A DNA stretch of 64,000 nt from an uncultured Thioalkalispiraceae bacterium (GTDB lineage: Bacteria; Pseudomonadota; Gammaproteobacteria; UBA6429; Thiohalophilaceae). Under the pieces are notes generated by a model that was given only the letters and a program-made list of their open reading frames with translations, had not been told where the DNA came from and searched no databases. The stretch covers positions 2,898 through 66,897 of the forward strand of contig CAZZIS010000004.1 of assembly GCA_964654445.1 (NCBI GenBank), in the 5' to 3' direction. Position 1 is the stretch's first letter. Each line of letters opens with the position of its first letter. The position numbers and the translations under genes were made by a program. Positions 57,390 through 64,000 of this stretch are shown piece by piece.

Positions 57390-59567
57390 TTAAGCATACA
57401 TTTTCATCAGGCCTGGAATATCCAGAATGAGTGCAATACCCCCATCACCAGTAATAGTCGCACCTGCCAAACCTGAAATCCCATGTAACATTGCGCCTAG
57501 TGGTTTAATCACAACTTCCTCCTGCCCGATTAATTCATCAACAATGAAACCTACTTTTTGCGTACCAATATGCACAACGACAACATGACCTTGAGCGGGT
57601 ATAGGCGCATTGCTCTCACCATTGACAAGCCAGTTGTTCAGGTAATATAGAGGGAGCGTTTTACCACGAACAAGAACAACTCGTTTACCATCCATAATAT
57701 TTGTTTTTGTTAAATCAAGGTGGAAAATTTCATTTACATTCACCAATGGTAAAGAAAAAAGTTGATCTTTCAGTCTTACCATTAACGTTGACATTATAGC
57801 TAATGTTAAAGGAACTTTAATATTGATAATTGTTCCTTTACCTAATGCTGAGTCAATTTCTATCGAACCATTTAATGATGAAATGCCTGTTTTAACTACA
57901 TCCATCCCTACCCCACGACCGGAGATATCAGATATTTTTTCCTTTGTTGAAAATCCCGGGGCAAAAATTAAATTATAACAATCCACATCACTTAAACGTG
58001 ATGCTGATTCTTTATCATGTATTCCTTTTTTAATTGCAATGTTTCTTAATACATCTGCATCCATACCACCGCCATCATCTGCTATTGAAAGTAAAATATG
58101 ATCACCTTCCTGTGATGCTGACAAAGTTACTGTACCCTGACGGGTTTTACCTGATTTTTCACGATCATCAGGCATTTCAATACCATGATCGACTGAGTTG
58201 CGAACTAAATGAACTAAAGGATCGGCTAAAGCTTCAACCAGGTTTTTATCTAAATCAGTATCTTCTCCTATCATTTCCAAACGAATATCTTTTTTCAGGC
58301 TGCGTGCTAAATCACGTACTACACGGGGAAATCGACCAAACACTTTTTTAATGGGTTGCATACGAGTTTTCATTACAGACAATTGTAGATCCGCTGTTAC
58401 TATGTCCAGATTGGCAATTGCCTTTGTCATTTCTTCACCTGAAGCATCACCACCATCCGCGCCCAAACGTGAAATTCGATTACGTACCAGCACAAGTTCA
58501 CCAACCATATTCATAATCGCATCGAGACGACTGGTATCAACACGTACAGATGTTTCGGCCGCTGGTTTTTCTTTTACAGGTTTAGTTGTACTTTTATTGG
58601 ATGGAGAAGTTTGCTTCGCAGCGGTAATATTTTTTTCTTTGCTGTCTGGAGCTTTATTTTCAGCTACAGTTTTATTTTCTTCAGCTTTTTTAGTTTCTGA
58701 ATTAGATGAGAAGTTTCCTTTGCCATGTAGATCATCAAGTAATGATTCAAACTCATCTTCAGATATTTCATCGTTCTTCTTGTTTTCTTCGTAACTACCG
58801 GAAGTCTTTATATTATCTGTATCCGCTGAAACTGAGCTGTCACCAGAAAATGTGCCTTTACCATGAATGTCATCTAATAATGCTTCAAACTCATCTTCAG
58901 ATATTTCGTCGTTCTTTTTATTTTCTTCGTAACTGCCTGTAGTTGAATTGTCTGTTGTACCTTTAGATTCTTTTTCTTTGCCATGTAAATCATCTAATAA
59001 AGCTTCAAATTCTTCATCAGTTATTTCATCTGATGATGCTTCAGGTTTTTTATTAATTTGTTCAGAAGATGGATTTTCTAATGCATCAAGTAGTGAATCA
59101 AACTCATCATCTGATATATCATCTGAGCCAGGTGCTGCGGCACTACTTTCGTCTGATGTAGTTGTATCTGCAACTACCTCCGCTGTTGTATCACCGGAAA
59201 TAATACTTTCTAATGCGCTTAACAAAGATTGCTCAGCCCCTCCTGGTTCTTCACCATTTCGTAAAGCATCAAACTGGGCATTTAAAACATCAAGTACAGG
59301 TAGAACAGTGTCCATAAGATGATTATCAATTTTAAGCTCATCATTACGTAACATATTGAAAATGTCTTCTGTACGATGACAAATCGCAACCATGACATCA
59401 ATCGCAAGGAAACCAGCACCACCTTTTATGGTATGAAACCCACGAAAAACAGCATTCAATAAATCTGCATCGTCAGGACTATTCTCAAGTTCTACCAACT
59501 GTTCATTCAGCTGCTCAAGAATTTCACCTGCTTCAATAAGAAAGTCCTCAAGTAGTTCATCATCCAT
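57390..59567 (-). CDS. cheA: chemotaxis histidine kinase CheA with an expanded repeat-containing P1-P2 linker
   Basis: 725 aa. Hpt P1 domain (FRGFHTIKGGAGFL), dimerisation and HATPase domains (DDGGGMD, GRGVGMDVV), and a C-terminal CheW-like P5 domain. Confidence 0.95.
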   Translation of the reverse strand: MDDELLEDFLIEAGEILEQLNEQLVELENSPDDADLLNAVFRGFHTIKGGAGFLAIDVMVAICHRTEDIFNMLRNDELKIDNHLMDTVLPVLDVLNAQFDALRNGEEPGGAEQSLLSALESIISGDTTAEVVADTTTSDESSAAAPGSDDISDDEFDSLLDALENPSSEQINKKPEASSDEITDEEFEALLDDLHGKEKESKGTTDNSTTGSYEENKKNDEISEDEFEALLDDIHGKGTFSGDSSVSADTDNIKTSGSYEENKKNDEISEDEFESLLDDLHGKGNFSSNSETKKAEENKTVAENKAPDSKEKNITAAKQTSPSNKSTTKPVKEKPAAETSVRVDTSRLDAIMNMVGELVLVRNRISRLGADGGDASGEEMTKAIANLDIVTADLQLSVMKTRMQPIKKVFGRFPRVVRDLARSLKKDIRLEMIGEDTDLDKNLVEALADPLVHLVRNSVDHGIEMPDDREKSGKTRQGTVTLSASQEGDHILLSIADDGGGMDADVLRNIAIKKGIHDKESASRLSDVDCYNLIFAPGFSTKEKISDISGRGVGMDVVKTGISSLNGSIEIDSALGKGTIINIKVPLTLAIMSTLMVRLKDQLFSLPLVNVNEIFHLDLTKTNIMDGKRVVLVRGKTLPLYYLNNWLVNGESNAPIPAQGHVVVVHIGTQKVGFIVDELIGQEEVVIKPLGAMLHGISGLAGATITGDGGIALILDIPGLMKMYA

Positions 59568-59592
59568 AGTAACAAATTTCCAACGTTAATAT

Positions 59593-60324
59593 TTAAAAAC
59601 CTAAACTAGACAGTAAATCATCTACTTCATCCTGACCTGATACTGTATCTTTATGCGAAATTCCAGGAACGGGAGGACCATCAAGTGAAGTAGTTTCGTC
59701 CTCAATAATTGTAATTTGTGGAGCGCCGGTTATTTGAATTAATCCAATCAATTTGTCTTCCACTTCACCAACAAGGTTAATGACTTTTTTAATAATTTGC
59801 CCGGTTAAATCCTGATATTCCTGTGCCAGCAAAACTGCAGTTAAATGATCTTTAACTTTAGCTATTTCATAAGTGCTAACAAAAAAGTTATTAACATCTT
59901 TAGTTAATTTACGAAACTGATCTGCTGATAATTCACGGTTGGTGAATTTTTGCCATGTCGTATGTAGTTCTAATGCCTGTTTATTGAGGTTATTACAAAT
60001 AGGGATTGATTCTTCTACTGCTTCCAATGTTTGGTTTGCAGCTTCATCTGTTTTTGATATGACGTAATTCAACCGCTCTCTGGCATCTGGTATACTTTTC
60101 TCAGCCATGATATTAATAGAATCATCCATACCGAAATTAGATATGGCATCATGCAACTCTCGAGTTAATTTTCCCATGTCCTGATATAAGTCAGTTTCAC
60201 GAATTGAAGTTAACTCATCTATAATTTCAATCGCATCTTCTTCATGACCTTTTTCCATACAAACTAAAAGATCTCTTACACGAGCAATATTGTCATCTGT
60301 AATAAGTTCTTTATCTTCCACCAT
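59593..60324 (-). CDS. cheZ: CheY-P phosphatase CheZ
   Basis: 243 aa. Long helical hairpin with the catalytic-Gln region (AQEYQDLTGQIIKKV) and an acidic C-terminal CheY-binding tail (SGQDEVDDLLSSLGF). Confidence 0.9.
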   Translation of the reverse strand: MVEDKELITDDNIARVRDLLVCMEKGHEEDAIEIIDELTSIRETDLYQDMGKLTRELHDAISNFGMDDSINIMAEKSIPDARERLNYVISKTDEAANQTLEAVEESIPICNNLNKQALELHTTWQKFTNRELSADQFRKLTKDVNNFFVSTYEIAKVKDHLTAVLLAQEYQDLTGQIIKKVINLVGEVEDKLIGLIQITGAPQITIIEDETTSLDGPPVPGISHKDTVSGQDEVDDLLSSLGF

Positions 60325-60346
60325 GATTCAACAACTCCTTACGACA

Positions 60347-60736
60347 TTAGCCAATGCGTGCAAATATCTTTTCCAGCTTTTCTTTTAATATTAAAGCCGT
60401 AAAGGGTTTTACAATGTAACCATTGACACCAGCCTGGGCTGCTTCAACAATTTGCTCTTTTTTCTGCTCAGCTGTCACCATAAGTACAGGTATGTTTTTT
60501 AGCTTTTCATCTGCTTCAGAGCGAACTGCTTTTAGCAAATCAATACCCTGCATTCCCGGCATATTCCAGTCGGTTACTAACAAATCAAACTTACCTGTCT
60601 TTAGCATTGGCAAGGCTGTTAAACCGTCATCAGCTTCACTGGTATTATTAAAACCCAGATCTCGTAACAAGTTTTTTATAATTCGACGCATTGTAGAAAA
60701 ATCATCTACAACCAGAATTTTCATTTCCGTGTCCAC
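60347..60736 (-). CDS. cheY: chemotaxis response regulator CheY
   Basis: 129 aa. [26 protein letters not shown]...[17 protein letters not shown]...GYIVKPFTA is nearly colinear with E. coli CheY. Confidence 0.97.
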   Translation of the reverse strand: MDTEMKILVVDDFSTMRRIIKNLLRDLGFNNTSEADDGLTALPMLKTGKFDLLVTDWNMPGMQGIDLLKAVRSEADEKLKNIPVLMVTAEQKKEQIVEAAQAGVNGYIVKPFTALILKEKLEKIFARIG

Positions 60737-60827
60737 AAGTTATCCTCCGCAGTACACATTTAAATTGATTAACCCATTTTGTAAAAAAATACTCTTACAT
60801 ATAGGGATATCACTATTGTTAAATTAC

Positions 60828-60855
60828 TTATCGGCCAGTTTTATAAAATTCTTAA
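60828..60855 (-). promoter_or_regulatory. candidate sigma28 (FliA) promoter upstream of cheY
   Basis: The minus strand reads TAAGAATT-N11-GCCGATAA. The -10 is a perfect match to the sigma28 consensus GCCGATAA, and the -35 matches TAAAGTTT at 5 of 8 positions. It lies about 90 nt upstream of the cheY ATG. Confidence 0.5.
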
Positions 60856-60990
60856 GGAAAAGACGAGACAATCGTTAAAAAGAATTAAATCTTTTTAAAA
60901 TTTGCTGTTATAGAAAATTTTAGAAGGGTTTTAACATTTATTCGGCTGGAAGCATGAATAAAAGTATGGGTACTTTGTATAAATTATATT

Positions 60991-61719
60991 TTAATCAGAG
61001 CGGTTAGACATGCGTGCCTGTAAACGAATAATAGCCTGACTATGAATTTGACTAACACGCGATTCACTTACACCCATAACAGCTCCAATTTCACGTAAAT
61101 TAAGCTCTTCATCATAATAAAGTGCCATAACTAATCGTTCACGTTCAGGTAGTCCGGCGATGGCTTCTGATAATAAGCGTTGCATATCATCTTTATGCAT
61201 ACCATCAAGAATACCCGGTGCATTATCTGACATGCTATCCAGCATGGTCTCACCTGTATGAACGCTGGTATCATCAACACTAAGGACTTTATGATAACTA
61301 TTATCCTGAAGTATTTTATAATACTCACCTAAACTCATGTCCAACGTTTCAGCAATCTCAGTATCACGTGCATCACGACCATGTTCATTTTCGATTTCAC
61401 GAACTGCTTCAGCAACTTGTCTTGCTTTACGATGTACTGAACGAGGCGCCCAGTCATTTTTACGAATTTCATCTAACATTGAACCACGAATGCGAATGCC
61501 GGCATAAGTTTCAAAACTCGCACCCTGAGTTTCGTCGTATTTACTGGAAGCTTCCAATAAACCAATCATGCCTGCCTGAACCATGTCTTCAAGTTGAACA
61601 CATGCGGGTAAACGATTAATTAAATGACATGCAATTCTCTTTACCAGAGGCGCGTGACGTTCTACCATATCGTCAGTATAGTTGGGTTGTTGTGCTGCAT
61701 ATGCTGCTATGCCATTCAT
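60991..61719 (-). CDS. fliA: flagellar sigma factor FliA (sigma28)
   Basis: 242 aa. Region 2 (DMVQAGMIGLLEASSKYD) and the region 4 HTH (LNLREIGAVMGVSESRVSQIHSQAI). Confidence 0.95.
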   Translation of the reverse strand: MNGIAAYAAQQPNYTDDMVERHAPLVKRIACHLINRLPACVQLEDMVQAGMIGLLEASSKYDETQGASFETYAGIRIRGSMLDEIRKNDWAPRSVHRKARQVAEAVREIENEHGRDARDTEIAETLDMSLGEYYKILQDNSYHKVLSVDDTSVHTGETMLDSMSDNAPGILDGMHKDDMQRLLSEAIAGLPERERLVMALYYDEELNLREIGAVMGVSESRVSQIHSQAIIRLQARMSNRSD

Positions 61720-62627
61720 GGCAGAACCTCCAATGTTGATCCTGATAGTAACCTTTCCACAAAAAACTCAAGGTGTCCACCTGATGCACTAAGTATAGGC
61801 CAATTGTTTACCTTTTTTGACAATGTTTGGAATGCTTGTGCTGATCGACTGCGTGGAAAGACTTCAACGACGGATTTTTGACGCTTTACAGCCTTTTGCA
61901 AGTGCTCATCGTAAGGAATATGACCCAGGTAATCTAACGCTACATCAAGGAATCGATTAGAGACTTTTGATAATTTGTCATACACTTCCCGACCTTGTTG
62001 TGGACCGGAAACCATATTAGCCAGAATATGAAATTTAAAAATATTTTGTTCTTTGCTGAGCAGTTTAATTAAAGCATAAGCGTCTGTAATGGATGCAGGT
62101 TCATCACAAACCACGATCAATACTTCCTGAGCAGCACGAGAAAAGCTAACAACGCTGTCTGAAATTCCGGCAGCAGTATCAACTAATAATATATCAATAT
62201 CATGACTTAACTCACTAAAAGCACTCACCAGACCGGCATGTTGTGCAGGAGACATTTCGGCCATATTTTTTACGCCAGATGAAGCTGGGATGACTTTGAT
62301 ACCATTCGGGCCATCAAGCAAAATTTCTTCTAGTTCACATTCACCATTCATGACATTAGAGAGGTTTTTATCTGAATGAAGTCCAAGCATGACATCAATA
62401 TTTGCCAGACCTAAATCAGCATCTAATATAGTGACATTTTTTCCTTGGGCTGCAAGTGCAATTGCAAGGTTAACAGTTACATTGGTTTTACCCACGCCAC
62501 CTTTACCGCTAGCAATTGTAATAACTCGAACAGGTTTTGGTTTTGCCATACGTCTTAATCCTGAGGCTTGATCGGCATGACCGATTGGAGAAGAAAAATC
62601 TAAAATATCAGCCATGTCCATTAGCAA
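61716..62627 (-). CDS. flhG: flagellar number regulator FlhG/FleN (MinD-like ATPase)
   Basis: 303 aa with the deviant Walker A motif ASGKGGVGKTNVTVNLA. It lies between flhF and fliA. The true start may be a few codons downstream of the track start. Confidence 0.9.
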   Translation of the reverse strand: MLMDMADILDFSSPIGHADQASGLRRMAKPKPVRVITIASGKGGVGKTNVTVNLAIALAAQGKNVTILDADLGLANIDVMLGLHSDKNLSNVMNGECELEEILLDGPNGIKVIPASSGVKNMAEMSPAQHAGLVSAFSELSHDIDILLVDTAAGISDSVVSFSRAAQEVLIVVCDEPASITDAYALIKLLSKEQNIFKFHILANMVSGPQQGREVYDKLSKVSNRFLDVALDYLGHIPYDEHLQKAVKRQKSVVEVFPRSRSAQAFQTLSKKVNNWPILSASGGHLEFFVERLLSGSTLEVLP

Positions 62628-63942
62628 CCATACCCGCTATTGTTAATGAGCTCGCTTCATCATGTGTGTTCATTGCCACCATATGCTGCATAACAGAAAC
62701 ACTACGGCTAACAATGCTGTGTGCTCGGGCCAAATGTATATCTTCAGGTACTTGTTGCCCATCACAGAAATATGAAATCGGTAGTTTATTTTCAACAGCG
62801 ACTGTTATCGCCCCACCCATACTCGTTGTTTCATCTATTTTAGTTAAAATACAACCCGCTAATTTCATACCTTTGAATTTGTCACCTGTTTCACTTAATA
62901 CGCCACGCTGGCAGTTTGATGCTAAAGTCAGATAAGTTTTTATTACGGGCAAACCCTTAGCTTGCAACATGGCAAATTGTTTATTTAAAAGCATATCTCG
63001 TTGACTCATGCCAGCGGTATCAATAAGTATCAACTCCTTATCATGCAAACTATCTAATGCTTCACGTAAGCTGTCTGCATCACCCGTTATCCTCATAGGA
63101 ACACCCATAATACGTGCATAGCTACGTAATTGTTCATGTGCAGCTACGCGATAATTATCTGTCGTAATCAATGCAACTCGATGTGGCCCATGTTTTAAAG
63201 TGTAACGTGCAGCAAGTTTAGCGATAGTGGTTGTTTTACCAACACCAGTGGCACCAACAAGTGCAACAACCCCACCCTTTTCAATAATTTCATTTTCACC
63301 AACAGGAATACGATGTGCCAATTCACCCAGGGCAAGTCGCCAGTTATGCTCAAAGTCTTTTTCTTCATTGACTTGTGCTGCAATATCTTTTGAAAGTTTT
63401 GGGCTCAAACCTAATGACATTAAGCGTTGTAATAAACGTGCACGTAATGGATGGTACTGAACTTCTTTACCCCAGCTAAGACCTGATAATTGATTAACCA
63501 GCAATCCTCTTAATGATTTAAGTTCGGATTTCATTTCCATAAAAGCGGGTTCTTCAGTCCAGAGGTGTTTATTACTTTGAAGTTTAATTTCAGACTGATT
63601 AAATGTTTCATTTGCTTCAAACGGATTAGTTTTCAAACGAGGTGTGGCAACAGGAATATTTCTGGCGAAACGCACATCGTCTAATGCCGCTTCACGATTA
63701 CGTTGTTCAATATGGGAACGGGATAATGCTTCATCATCCTGAATAAAAGGATTTGGCTTTTTAGTTGCACTCTTTTTATCCGGCTCACTAATTAATGATT
63801 CATCATAATCAATCGCAGCAACAATCTCGACACCATCATCAATGCGATGGTTTGATAAAATAACAGCATCCGGTCCAAGTGTATCACTCACTTTGCGTAA
63901 AGCGGTTCGCATGTCATCAGCTAAAAAACGTTTTATCTTCAT
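62608..63942 (-). CDS. flhF: flagellar biosynthesis SRP-type GTPase FlhF
   Basis: 444 aa. MKIKRFLADDMRTALRKVSDTLGPDAVILS N-terminus and an NG domain with GATGVGKTTTIAKLA, DTAGMSQRD and TKIDET. Confidence 0.93.
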   Translation of the reverse strand: MKIKRFLADDMRTALRKVSDTLGPDAVILSNHRIDDGVEIVAAIDYDESLISEPDKKSATKKPNPFIQDDEALSRSHIEQRNREAALDDVRFARNIPVATPRLKTNPFEANETFNQSEIKLQSNKHLWTEEPAFMEMKSELKSLRGLLVNQLSGLSWGKEVQYHPLRARLLQRLMSLGLSPKLSKDIAAQVNEEKDFEHNWRLALGELAHRIPVGENEIIEKGGVVALVGATGVGKTTTIAKLAARYTLKHGPHRVALITTDNYRVAAHEQLRSYARIMGVPMRITGDADSLREALDSLHDKELILIDTAGMSQRDMLLNKQFAMLQAKGLPVIKTYLTLASNCQRGVLSETGDKFKGMKLAGCILTKIDETTSMGGAITVAVENKLPISYFCDGQQVPEDIHLARAHSIVSRSVSVMQHMVAMNTHDEASSLTIAGMVANGHG

Positions 63943-64000
63943 CTTACCCGGCCTCTGTTGTTATGACTAAGCCTGTGTCGCTTTAGTGATTCCCCCTGCT

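Noticed and set aside
58034-59322. Plus-strand ORFs (58034-58351, 58351-58794, 58706-58942, 58948-59322) opposite cheA.
   Set aside because: They lie antisense to the repeat-rich acidic linker of CheA. The S/F/L-rich translations are mirror artefacts, and CheA is intact on the minus strand.
60423-60878. 151-aa plus-strand ORF overlapping cheY and its upstream region. The 132-aa ORF at 62537-62935, opposite flhG/flhF, is similar.
   Set aside because: CheY, FlhG and FlhF on the minus strand are near-textbook sequences. The plus-strand ORFs have no motifs or ribosome-binding sites.
63967-64000. Possible 3' end of flhA on the minus strand (...AGGITKATQA*) upstream of flhF.
   Set aside because: Synteny predicts flhA here, but only about 10 codons are inside the window. 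That is far too short to verify.

Overview
This window is a chromosomal segment from a visibly AT-rich gammaproteobacterium. About 85% of it is conserved core genome.

Core content, left to right:
- A central-carbon block on the minus strand: glgP (5' part only), gpmI and ppsA, followed by a Crp/Fnr-family regulator.
- A five-gene beta-oxidation operon on the plus strand: fadE, a thiolase, a hydratase/dehydrogenase, an acyl-CoA ligase and a YciA-type thioesterase.
- A cNMP-binding/rhodanese fusion gene.
- The long Pseudomonas-like syntenic block on the minus strand: tatD, pilZ, holB, tmk, mltG, pabC, pabB, fabF, acpP, fabG, fabD, fabH, plsX, rpmF, yceD.
- maf, sppA, a HAD hydrolase and rluC, with rne divergent from rluC. 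This block is interrupted by a two-subunit pyruvate carboxylase and by a pair of outer-membrane genes.
- A polar-flagellum/chemotaxis block on the minus strand: flhF, flhG, fliA, cheY, cheZ, cheA, cheB, motA, motB, a ParA-like gene, a CheW-like gene, cheW and a DUF2802 gene.

The accessory part is roughly 6.8-15.9 kb. It holds a truncated IS3-family element, an orphan ORF and two copies of a triple-iteron module. It also holds a six-gene minus-strand operon (8924-15188), which I consider the most interesting object in the window.

That operon encodes four paralogous Sec-signal-bearing proteins, each carrying a double-glycine-type leader motif just after the signal peptide. These are followed by a stand-alone, signal-bearing C39 cysteine peptidase and an outer-membrane beta-barrel with an N-terminal coiled coil. 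The architecture parallels the FapD/FapF module of Pseudomonas functional amyloid, but the cargo is unrelated-looking and there is no ABC transporter.

I saw no rRNA, tRNA or CRISPR. All family assignments come from motif recognition by eye, not from database searches.
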